In this document: positions 27,963-36,779 of the stretch, piece after piece
How positions within the stretch are numbered: position 1 is the first letter of the stretch
Layout: every line of letters starts with the position of its first letter
DNA from: Fidelibacterota bacterium
Lineage (GTDB): Bacteria > Fidelibacterota > UBA2242
Reading direction: 5' to 3'
DNA length: 64,000 nt
Assembly (NCBI GenBank): GCA_049975265.1
Contig: JBNGDF010000011.1
Coordinates: 12,705-76,704 of the forward strand
Position numbers and translations under genes: made by a program
Notes under the pieces: generated by a model
Seen by the model: the letters and a program-made list of their open reading frames with translations, nothing else
What the model was told of the DNA's origin: nothing
Database searches by the model: none

Positions 27963-29852
27963 ATGATGACAGACAGCCTACGTGGATTGCTTACCGATGG
28001 GGATTTTCAAAAAATAATCGCCTTGGAAAATCGGTATGTCGTTGATATTCTGGAAGATACTATCCGGGTTTGCCGACCGGCAAAAGTCACGGTGTTGGAT
28101 GACAGCGCGGCAGATATTGAATATGTGCGACGGCTCGCCATCCAAACGGGAGAAGAACGACCCCTGAAAATTGAGGGGCATACGATTCATTTTGACAGTT
28201 ATCGGGATCAGGCTCGGGATAAAAAAAATACCCGGGTCTTGCGGGGAGCCGATACGGAACTGGGGAGGCATATCAACTGGATCGATCGGGATGAGGGTCT
28301 GCGGGAGATCTATGGACTGATGGACGGAATCATGCGGGGCAAGGAGATGCTGGTCCGGTTTTTCTGCCTCGGTCCACAGGAATCGCGCTTCTCGATCCCG
28401 GCTCTGCAGATTACCGATTCCGCCTATGTTGCCCATTCGGAAGATATCCTGTATCGGCAGGGTTATCGGGAGTTTAAGCGGCTGAACGGAAGCGGGGACT
28501 TTTTCCGTTTTATTCATTCCGCTGGTGAACTCGATGAACGGGGCAAGACGAAGAACGATCATTTGCGACGGATTTATATTGATCTGAAAAAAAACCGGGT
28601 GCTCAGCATCAACAATCAGTACGCCGGTAACAGTCTGGGATTGAAAAAACTGGCGTTGCGATTGGCGATTCATAAATCCAATCACGAAGATTGGTTGACG
28701 GAACATATGTTTATTATGGGTGTCCACGCGCCGGATAAGAACCGGACGAGCTATTTTACCGGCGCCTTCCCCAGCGCCTGCGGAAAAACGAGTACCGCCA
28801 TGATTCCGGGACAGACCATCGTTGGAGACGATATCGCCTACTTGCGGATTTGGGAAGATGGGAGTTGTCATGCGGTCAATATTGAATCAGGGATTTTTGG
28901 CATTATCACTGACGTAAATCCGGTTGATGATCCGCTGATATATCAATGCCTGACCACGCCGCGGGAATTGATTTTTTCCAATTTGCTGATTCATAACGGG
29001 ACACCTTACTGGCTCGGTATGGGACAGGAGCTGCCCGACCGTGGCGAGAATCATTACGGGCTTTATGAAAAGGGACAAACGGACTGTCAGGGCAATCTCG
29101 TTCCACCGGCTCATAAAAATGCCCGCTACACCATTCGTATCAGCGAGTTGGACAATGTCGATCCGGAAGTGGAGAATCCCGATGGTGTTCGGATAGACGG
29201 AATCATTTACGGCGGTCGGGATTCCGATACGAATGTACCTGTTTGCCAGTCGCTGAGCTGGGAGCATGGCGTCTTTCTGGGGGCTTGTCTGGAATCGGAG
29301 ACCACGGCGGCGACCATCGGCCAGGAGGGAGTGCGCATGCATTCACCCATGGCTAATCTCGATTTTGTGGTGGTGCCCCTTTACCGTTATATTCGGAATC
29401 ATCTGGAATTTGGACGCCATCTGAAAAGACAGCCGCTGATTTTTTCCACCAACTATTTTCTAAAGGACCCGTCGGGCAGCTATTATTTGGACAAGCTGGC
29501 AAAAAAGGTCTGGATTCTCTGGGCGGAAGGGCGGGTACACAACGAATACGACGCCATCGCATCACCGGTGGGCTATCTTCCGGTCTATGACGATCTCAAG
29601 TCTCTTTTTGAAACCGTTTTGTCCAGACCATTTCATTACGATCTGTACCGGGAAGTATTTGCTATTCGGATTGAGCGGCTTTTTCAGAAGCTGGATCGAA
29701 TGGAAAAGATATACGATGACCCCCGGCTGCCGAAAGAGTTCACGGCTATGTTTCAGGATCAGAGAAACCGGCTGGAGGCTGCCCGGCAACGGTTTAATAC
29801 GGATATTGTTTATCCCGATATGTTGACTGTAGGCGGAAGTGACCAGAGGTAA
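27963..29852 (+). CDS. pckG: Phosphoenolpyruvate carboxykinase (GTP)
   Basis: Kinase-1a loop FPSACGKTS and IVGDDIAYL. The ATG pair at 27963/27966 is preceded by AGGAG. The ORF-track TTG at 27861 lies inside a hairpin. Confidence 0.88.
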   Translation: MMTDSLRGLLTDGDFQKIIALENRYVVDILEDTIRVCRPAKVTVLDDSAADIEYVRRLAIQTGEERPLKIEGHTIHFDSYRDQARDKKNTRVLRGADTELGRHINWIDRDEGLREIYGLMDGIMRGKEMLVRFFCLGPQESRFSIPALQITDSAYVAHSEDILYRQGYREFKRLNGSGDFFRFIHSAGELDERGKTKNDHLRRIYIDLKKNRVLSINNQYAGNSLGLKKLALRLAIHKSNHEDWLTEHMFIMGVHAPDKNRTSYFTGAFPSACGKTSTAMIPGQTIVGDDIAYLRIWEDGSCHAVNIESGIFGIITDVNPVDDPLIYQCLTTPRELIFSNLLIHNGTPYWLGMGQELPDRGENHYGLYEKGQTDCQGNLVPPAHKNARYTIRISELDNVDPEVENPDGVRIDGIIYGGRDSDTNVPVCQSLSWEHGVFLGACLESETTAATIGQEGVRMHSPMANLDFVVVPLYRYIRNHLEFGRHLKRQPLIFSTNYFLKDPSGSYYLDKLAKKVWILWAEGRVHNEYDAIASPVGYLPVYDDLKSLFETVLSRPFHYDLYREVFAIRIERLFQKLDRMEKIYDDPRLPKEFTAMFQDQRNRLEAARQRFNTDIVYPDMLTVGGSDQR

Positions 29853-29879
29853 AGCAACCGGTGGTTTTTATACAAGAAA

Positions 29880-30260
29880 TCAGCGCTCTTTAGCGTATTT
29901 TTTATCTAACTCCCGCAGGCGGTCTAAACTTTCCGGCGAATTCATATTGGAGCCTTTCCCGAAAGGGTGATAGGCGATGCCGGTGGCAAGGCTGTACCCG
30001 TCACTGGATTCTCTTTGCCAGCAGACCTTTGCCAGCAGCTCCAGCGGGTCCTCTTTCGGAATGAACAGTTTCACGATGACAGTCTTACCTTTGCGCAATT
30101 CGTCGTCACAGGCAAAGGAGAGTCCGCCTTTGCTGATATTATAGAGTCGAATAGTGTTTAGATACTTTTTAGACCGGAAAAATCCGATGGTTTTATACTG
30201 CAGCGATGCATTCGGAATTTCGAAGCGGTGACATGTTCGTTTCTCAAAACCCTGTACCAA
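29880..30260 (-). CDS. PilZ domain protein (putative c-di-GMP receptor)
   Basis: RxxxR (RTCHR) and NxSxxG (NISKGG) PilZ motifs. 126 aa. Confidence 0.75.
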   Translation of the reverse strand: MVQGFEKRTCHRFEIPNASLQYKTIGFFRSKKYLNTIRLYNISKGGLSFACDDELRKGKTVIVKLFIPKEDPLELLAKVCWQRESSDGYSLATGIAYHPFGKGSNMNSPESLDRLRELDKKYAKER

Positions 30261-30287
30261 GTTTCTTTTCTCTTTCTATTTGCCGGG

Positions 30288-30986
30288 TTAGTCAAACTCT
30301 TCCCATTTAATCTCTTTGATATAGTAGCTCACCTTGGCGTCTTCGGGAACCTCTACTGCGCATTCAAAATCGAACGATCGACCCGGTTCGATGGTGGCGT
30401 CGGTTTGCACGCCGCTTTTGTACATGTGATAATTACCGGCAATCAGAGTTGAATCGGCGGCAAGCAGACGCGTCCCTTCGTCGTAAAGTTTGAAAATGAT
30501 CCGGACGAAGTCTGCCCTCCGGATGCCTTCGTTTTTGATTTTGCCCTTGAAAATGCGTCTGTTTTCATAGACCTTTTCGGTAATGGGACCTTCGACGACG
30601 CATTTGGCTTTGGGCAGATCGGCTTTGCGGGTCTGCTTGATGCTGTTTTTCGAAAGAGTTAACTGCCCGATCTGGGTCTGGACGACGATGCGGTCCATAT
30701 CTTCATGGATGATTTTCCCTTTCACGATGGTGCCGTTATTCAGGATAATCTCATGGGTCATTTCGGGCAGTTGGATCAGTTTGTTGATTTCGCTGCGAAT
30801 TTCCGGAATCGAGACGCGGATTTCCATCTCCCGCATCTGTCTGCGGATTTCCGCCAACTCTTTGCGCAGACTTTCGATGTCCTGATCGACCTTAAAAAAC
30901 TTTTCGGTGACGGTTGTTTTCTTTTGAGCCAACGCTGTCAGGCTGAATATCAAAGCCAGGAAGAGGATCGCAATCGTCTTTTTCAT
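30288..30986 (-). CDS. Exported hypothetical protein with N-terminal coiled-coil
   Basis: Signal peptide MKKTIAILFLALIFSLTALA. No recognised domain. Overlaps the upstream HEAT gene by 4 nt. Confidence 0.6.
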   Translation of the reverse strand: MKKTIAILFLALIFSLTALAQKKTTVTEKFFKVDQDIESLRKELAEIRRQMREMEIRVSIPEIRSEINKLIQLPEMTHEIILNNGTIVKGKIIHEDMDRIVVQTQIGQLTLSKNSIKQTRKADLPKAKCVVEGPITEKVYENRRIFKGKIKNEGIRRADFVRIIFKLYDEGTRLLAADSTLIAGNYHMYKSGVQTDATIEPGRSFDFECAVEVPEDAKVSYYIKEIKWEEFD

Positions 30987-32074
30987 GGTGTCACCATCGC
31001 TTTTTGTTGCGCCAGAAATGCCTTGCGGCGCAATTTTTCGAAAGCCACCGGATCCCCGAGCGCCGTCGCCATCGCAGTCATTTCATCGAAGAGAACATAG
31101 TTTTTCGGGTCTTCCATCATGGGCAATAGCTGCTCGAATATTTCCGGATCATTGAATTTAATCAGAGCGGTCAGGGCATCTTTGCGGGTTTTCAGGGGGA
31201 AATCCTGGTTTTGGGTAATTTCTGCCAGGGTCGGGATAACCGCCGGATCGGAGAAGTCTCCCAATGCGCGTGTCAGAATTTCCGTTAATTTGAAGTAATC
31301 TTCCTTGCCGGCGTTGAAGGTTTCCAGCAGCGCCAGAATGACGTCTGCCTGTTTGACATCCGCGACGGCTTGCAGGGCGAAATCGCGGATTTGCTGCTGC
31401 GATTCCGGGTCGCCGAGCATCTCGATGAAGGTCTGCGTGATCAGGGGATGCTGGCGTTTTCCCAGAATTTCCAGAGCCAGCGACCGTACCGAAAGGCTGA
31501 CGGTTTTATCCTTGGCAATGTTGATCAATATGGGGATCACCTTATCGTCTTCGGCGGATCCGAGTACCCGGGCGAGCGACTCCTGCACCAGGGCATAATT
31601 TTCTTTTTCCGTTTGGTATAAATTCAGCAGCTGTTCAACCTGGGCGGTGATGTCGGCAGTTTCGAGTTTTGCCATGGCGGCGGTGCGGAATTCAATATAT
31701 TTCTGCTGGGCGGAGACCAATCCTTTGACAATCGCATCGACATTTTCCGGGGTGGGATTCTTGATCAGTTCGGTGGCGGATGCAGTCAGCAGTGCGTAAT
31801 TGAGACCGACTCCCTGTGCCATAAAATCGTGGATCAGTTTGATAGCATCGGGGTGCATTGTCTGAGCCATAGCCTGCAGAACCGCGATTCGGGTTTCGAT
31901 CGGCTGCGAGGGGTCCTTATAGATCGCCATCATCTCTTCGATGGTATTCAGATCGCCCTTGTTGTAATCGACCCGCAGCTGCTCGACATCCTCTTCACTA
32001 ATGGTGGCCACTTTGGTGGCACACGTTGCCAGCAGCAGAGACAGAATGATAGTCAACGGTACTATTCTTTTCAT
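30983..32074 (-). CDS. HEAT-repeat protein, exported or lipoprotein
   Basis: N-terminal LLLATC lipobox-like signal. Repeated helical units each end in …ALG/…DP.A(I/V)..L (for example ALGDFSDPAVIPTLAEI, ALGDPVAFEKL). Confidence 0.65.
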   Translation of the reverse strand: MKRIVPLTIILSLLLATCATKVATISEEDVEQLRVDYNKGDLNTIEEMMAIYKDPSQPIETRIAVLQAMAQTMHPDAIKLIHDFMAQGVGLNYALLTASATELIKNPTPENVDAIVKGLVSAQQKYIEFRTAAMAKLETADITAQVEQLLNLYQTEKENYALVQESLARVLGSAEDDKVIPILINIAKDKTVSLSVRSLALEILGKRQHPLITQTFIEMLGDPESQQQIRDFALQAVADVKQADVILALLETFNAGKEDYFKLTEILTRALGDFSDPAVIPTLAEITQNQDFPLKTRKDALTALIKFNDPEIFEQLLPMMEDPKNYVLFDEMTAMATALGDPVAFEKLRRKAFLAQQKAMVTP

Positions 32075-32151
32075 AATGATGTCACTCTTCTTTTAATTAT
32101 TTTGATTTTAGAATTTTTAAGCCTTTATGTCAAGCAAAAATTAGGTTTCAC

Positions 32152-32910
32152 TTAAAGTGATTTTTGAAGGGTTTCGGGCTTCCAGTAGCACAGATGCAGA
32201 TCATGACCGTCGAAATAGGCGAAGGTGAAATAGCGAATCCAGTCACCCAGATTGACGAATTTTCCGGTTCTGAAACGATGTTCTGTCGGAAGATGAAAAT
32301 GCCCGGTGATGACATAGTCATATCCCTGAGAGAGAGTTTTTTCTCCGTATTGAATCAGTTCTTGGCGCTCCTGTTCCAGCAATTCGGGATTGCGTAGTGT
32401 CAGATGCCGGCTTTTTCCGGAAATATATTTGGCGATTCCGAAAGCAACGCCCGGATGAATCAGTCGGAATAGTGCGATAAAAAAACGGTTGCGCAAAATC
32501 TTTTTCATCAGCCGGTAGCCGCGGTCGCGCTTGAGAATACCGTCCCCGTGATAGATAAAGAACCTTTTACCGTCAATCGTGATGTCCACGGAATCGGGAT
32601 GAAACGGGATACCGAGTTCGTCGGGAAAAAAGGAGCCGACCCAGTAATCGTGATTCCCGGCAAGCATGTGTATTTCGCAACCTGCATCAACCATCTCCTG
32701 CAGCTGGCGCAGGACCCGGAAGAAGTGGCGCGGGATAACATATCGGTATTCAAACCAGAAATCGAACATATCTCCGACAATGTACAGAGTTGCTTTATGT
32801 TCTTTAACCTCATCAAGGAAATCGAGCAGATAGCCCCTTTTCCGATTTTCCGATTCGGAATGGTAACAGTTAAGATGAATATCGGAAATAAAGTAAACCT
32901 GCCTTGCCAT
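32152..32910 (-). CDS. lpxH: UDP-2,3-diacylglucosamine diphosphatase
   Basis: Calcineurin-like motifs YFISDIHL, VGDMFDFWFEY and AGNHD. 252 aa. Confidence 0.8.
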   Translation of the reverse strand: MARQVYFISDIHLNCYHSESENRKRGYLLDFLDEVKEHKATLYIVGDMFDFWFEYRYVIPRHFFRVLRQLQEMVDAGCEIHMLAGNHDYWVGSFFPDELGIPFHPDSVDITIDGKRFFIYHGDGILKRDRGYRLMKKILRNRFFIALFRLIHPGVAFGIAKYISGKSRHLTLRNPELLEQERQELIQYGEKTLSQGYDYVITGHFHLPTEHRFRTGKFVNLGDWIRYFTFAYFDGHDLHLCYWKPETLQKSL

Positions 32911-33108
32911 CTGCAGAGCAATTTAATATTTTGTCTGTTAAGGGCAAAGTACAAATTCAGTTTCAAATTTGCTGAAAATGGGAATCGGTTACTTTATCTT
33001 GGAAAAGAGCCGCTGCTTTCCACAGAGATCCGCGGTCGTTTTCGAGGGTGATTGCCATGGCATTACTTTTGTAAAGCAGGCTCCATGAACAACCACAGGA
33101 AATAGCGA

Positions 33109-34194
33109 ATGGATAATGAAGTCGTCCTTGCCATCAATCCCGGTTCAACCTCGACCAAACTGGCACTGTACAATCGCCAGGGTCCGGTCAGGATCGAGAA
33201 AATCGATCATTCAGGAACGGAAATCTGTAATATGTATTCCATTTCCGAGCAGTTACCCCTGCGGCTCGATATTATCAAAAAAACCTTTAAACCCTGGCTT
33301 GAAGGTCAACGGCTGGTAGCGGTCGTCGGGCGCGGCGGACTGGTCAAGCCGTTGAAAGGCGGGATTTATGCGGTCAATGACGACCTTATGGATGATACCA
33401 TCAACTGCAAGTATGCCACGCATGCCAGTAACCTGGGAGCATCGATCGCGCACGGCATTGCCAGGGAGTATGATGTACCCGCTTTCGTGGTGGACCCCGT
33501 TACTGTAGATGAAATGATCCCCGAAGCACGGATCTCCGGCGTACCGGAGATTGAACGCAAAAGCCGGCTGCATGCCCTGAATGTAAACGCCTGTGTGCGC
33601 AGGGAGGCGGCGCGGCTGGGGAAATCGATTGAGGAGACCCGGTTTGTTGTGGCGCATCTCGGCGGCGGAATCACCGTCGCAGTTGTTGATCGGGGCAAGA
33701 TCATTGACTGCAACGATGCCCTGATGGGGATGGGTCCATTTTCCCCAGAACGAGCCGGCGCCCTGCCTCTGGAACCGCTGATTAAAATGGCGATGAGCGG
33801 TTCCTATTCGTTCAAGGATTTATACCGGAAACTGACCAAAAACAGCGGGTTGAAAGGCTATCTGGGGACCGGTGATGTGCGGGAAGTGTTGGAGCGCATC
33901 GACCAGGGCGATGAAGAGGCGGCACTGATCTACCGGGCGATGATTTATCAGGTTGCCAAGGAGATTGGTGCAATGGCGACAACGTTGAGCGGAAATCTGG
34001 ATGCCATTATCCTGACTGGCGGTATTGCCCACTCCCAACGGGTGATTCAGGATATCAGTGCGCGGGTGAAATTTATTGCCGATATTCGCCTTTATCCCGG
34101 TGAAAATGAATTGGAGTCACTGGCAGCCGGTGGCTTCCGGGCGGTTGATGGGGAACAGGAGATTCAGACCTATGTCAGTGAACCTGAAGAATGA
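33109..34194 (+). CDS. buk: Butyrate kinase
   Basis: LAINPGSTSTKLA N-terminal ASKHA motif and VAHLGGGITV. 361 aa. Adjacent to a phosphotransbutyrylase-type gene. Confidence 0.88.
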   Translation: MDNEVVLAINPGSTSTKLALYNRQGPVRIEKIDHSGTEICNMYSISEQLPLRLDIIKKTFKPWLEGQRLVAVVGRGGLVKPLKGGIYAVNDDLMDDTINCKYATHASNLGASIAHGIAREYDVPAFVVDPVTVDEMIPEARISGVPEIERKSRLHALNVNACVRREAARLGKSIEETRFVVAHLGGGITVAVVDRGKIIDCNDALMGMGPFSPERAGALPLEPLIKMAMSGSYSFKDLYRKLTKNSGLKGYLGTGDVREVLERIDQGDEEAALIYRAMIYQVAKEIGAMATTLSGNLDAIILTGGIAHSQRVIQDISARVKFIADIRLYPGENELESLAAGGFRAVDGEQEIQTYVSEPEE

Positions 34195-34206
34195 CGGAGA
34201 GATGCA

Positions 34207-35109
34207 ATGATTACGAGCTATGCTGAGATTTTGGCGGCGGTCCAGGCAAATAAACGTCGCAAGACCATTTCGATTGCCATGGCTGACGATCCCAGTGTGT
34301 TACACGCGATTAAAGCCGTTGCCGAAAAGGGACTGGCAAAGGCTGTTCTTGTCGGAGATAGCCGGCGAATCAAAACCATTGCCGAAAAGGTCGGCTATTC
34401 CATCAGTGATGAGATGATCGTCCATGCCGTTGAAGAGCGGGAAATTGCCTTTCGGGCGGTGGAACAGATTCGCAACGGAAAAGCCGAAATTCTGATGAAA
34501 GGGCATATCTCAACACCGATTCTGATGAAAGCCGTTCTCGACCGTGACACCGGCTTGCGGACCGGCAGTATCCTGAGTCACGTGGCGGTCGCAGAGGTCC
34601 CGACATATCCCAAAATGCTGATCACCGGCGACGGCGGTATCACCATCACTCCCGATCTCGCAGCCAAGCAGGCGATCCTGGACAACATGATTGCGGTTTG
34701 CCGTAAGCTAGCAATTGAGCAACCGAAAATCTGTGCCCTCTGTCCGATCGAGAAGATAAATCCCAAAATTCAGGAAACAGTTGATGCGGCGGAATTGCGA
34801 AAAATTGCCGAAAGCGGTGAGTTTGGTGATATCATTCTGGAAGGACCGATGGCAATGGATGTAGCCCTGTCTGCCGACGCCGCCCGCAAAAAGGGGATTG
34901 CGAGCCGGATTGCCGGAGACACCGATGTCATTCTGGTCCCCAATATCACCAGCGGGAATGCCATTATCAAGCTGCTCATGTACCTTGCCAATGCCAAAGT
35001 TGGGGGCTTGGTGGTGGGTGCCAAAGTGCCGATTATCCTGCTTTCCCGCTCCGATAAACCGGAAGAAAAATTCAACTCCATGATTCTGGCACTATTGGTT
35101 GCGGATTAA
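34207..35109 (+). CDS. ptb: Phosphate butyryltransferase / phosphate acyltransferase family
   Basis: 300 aa PTA_PTB family pattern (GHISTPILMKAVL…, DVILVPNITSGNAIIK), coupled to buk. Confidence 0.85.
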   Translation: MITSYAEILAAVQANKRRKTISIAMADDPSVLHAIKAVAEKGLAKAVLVGDSRRIKTIAEKVGYSISDEMIVHAVEEREIAFRAVEQIRNGKAEILMKGHISTPILMKAVLDRDTGLRTGSILSHVAVAEVPTYPKMLITGDGGITITPDLAAKQAILDNMIAVCRKLAIEQPKICALCPIEKINPKIQETVDAAELRKIAESGEFGDIILEGPMAMDVALSADAARKKGIASRIAGDTDVILVPNITSGNAIIKLLMYLANAKVGGLVVGAKVPIILLSRSDKPEEKFNSMILALLVAD

Positions 35110-35338
35110 TGATAATTGCCGACCCTATAACTGCTGTAGTAAGTGGGTCGTTCCGAAATGTGTGAGCTGCCCTGATAGTTTGCCTCATCATTGACCACTT
35201 TCAGACAGTGTGATAACAAACAAACCGGATGCTGGCTGTTTCATCGCACCATTTTCAATGCTTTTCAAATTGAAATTTGGTCACCGATTGATTAACTTCC
35301 GGGCGCACAATGAAAGACAGTGAATAAAAGGAGAAAAC

Positions 35339-36565
35339 ATGTCAGTTGCAATACTCTGTGGTGGAGGACCGGCGCCGGGTATCAATACAGTCGTCGCCTC
35401 AATCACCAAATCCTTTATCCGGAACGGCATGAACGTTATCGGGCTGCATCACGGCTATACCGGTCTGTTTCGCAAGAACGCCAAAATTGAGGAGTTGGAT
35501 TTTTTCAAAGCCGACAGCATTTTCAATCGCGGTGGATCCTATCTTAAAATGAGCCGTTTCAAACCGACGGATAATGACTTTATGGAAAACTTTAACCTGG
35601 CACTATTCAAAAAGCACAATATTGAATTGCTGGTCACAATCGGTGGTGATGATACTGCTTCCACAGCCAACCGGGTGGCGAAATTTCTCCGGGAAAAGGG
35701 CTATCCCATCGCCAATATCCACGTGCCCAAGACGATTGATAACGATCTGCCGCTGCCCAACCACTCCCCGACATTCGGCTATACCACGGCGGAAGATACC
35801 GGGTCAAAGATTGCTGCGACTATTTACGAAGACGCCCGCACCAGCGAAAACTGGTTCGTGATTGCCGCCATGGGACGTTCAGCCGGGCACCTGGCATTCG
35901 GTGTCGGTTCTGCCTGTCATCTGCCGATGATCGTCATTCCGGAGATGTTTAACAAGACCGAAATAACCATAGAGCGCATTGTCAATCTGGTGATTTCCGC
36001 GATGATAAAGCGCAAAATCATAGGTGTCAATTACGGTGTGGCAATCATTTCAGAGGGCGTTTTTCATGCCCTCAGTGACGATGAAATCAAGCGATCGGGG
36101 CTCCGCTTTAGTTACGACGATCATGGACACCCGGAGCTGGGAAAAATTTCCAAAGCGCAGCTCTTTAACGATCTGTTGAATGTAAAATATAAAGAGATCG
36201 GACTGAAAATAAAATCCCGACCGATCGAGTTGGGCTATGAGGTACGGTGTGTGACGCCGGTAGGTTACGATCTGGTGTACTGTACCCTGCTGGGCAACGG
36301 CGTTTATCAGCTGTACAAAGAGGGCGCCAGCGGCTGCATGGTGTATGTGAACAGCGCCGGTGACGCCAGCCCCCTTTTCCTGAAAGACCTGGAGGGGGTG
36401 GATGGCAAAATCCCGCCACGCCTGGTGGATATCGAGAGCCAAAAAGCCCGGTCTGTCGTTCAAAATATTTTACAATATGTAACGGAGAAAGATTACGAAG
36501 CCGCCAGAGCTTATGTACCGGATCCTGAAAATTACGATTTTCATAAGATATTAAACTGGATTTGA
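35339..36565 (+). CDS. pfp: 6-phosphofructokinase, pyrophosphate-dependent type
   Basis: GGGPAPGIN, TIGGDDT and PKTIDNDL motifs. The Asp in GGDD and the Lys in PKTIDND are the residues that distinguish PPi- from ATP-dependent enzymes. Confidence 0.8.
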   Translation: MSVAILCGGGPAPGINTVVASITKSFIRNGMNVIGLHHGYTGLFRKNAKIEELDFFKADSIFNRGGSYLKMSRFKPTDNDFMENFNLALFKKHNIELLVTIGGDDTASTANRVAKFLREKGYPIANIHVPKTIDNDLPLPNHSPTFGYTTAEDTGSKIAATIYEDARTSENWFVIAAMGRSAGHLAFGVGSACHLPMIVIPEMFNKTEITIERIVNLVISAMIKRKIIGVNYGVAIISEGVFHALSDDEIKRSGLRFSYDDHGHPELGKISKAQLFNDLLNVKYKEIGLKIKSRPIELGYEVRCVTPVGYDLVYCTLLGNGVYQLYKEGASGCMVYVNSAGDASPLFLKDLEGVDGKIPPRLVDIESQKARSVVQNILQYVTEKDYEAARAYVPDPENYDFHKILNWI

Positions 36566-36779
36566 ACGGCATTTATATCAGCATACGGCTATTTTGTACC
36601 GCGAATTGCGGCGGCGGGATTTGTTTTTCCCCTGTGAAAATTGTAAGTTTTAAGTCGAAATGTGGCTGTTTCTCAAATCAAGTTATGCGGAATTAAGCGA
36701 GATTTCAGATTTTGGTAATGAATTTTTGGCACTCTGAAGCAGAAAAGCGAAGTAAATAGTTATATACATGGAGAATATC

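Noticed and set aside
27978-28871. 297-aa ORF antisense to pckG.
   Set aside because: It lies opposite the region encoding the PEPCK P-loop. It has no motifs and its composition is typical of antisense frames.
29853-29879. Tiny hairpin AACC-GGT-GGTT followed by TTTTT between the convergent pckG and PilZ genes, as a possible terminator.
   Set aside because: A 4-bp stem with a 3-nt loop is too weak to call from sequence alone.
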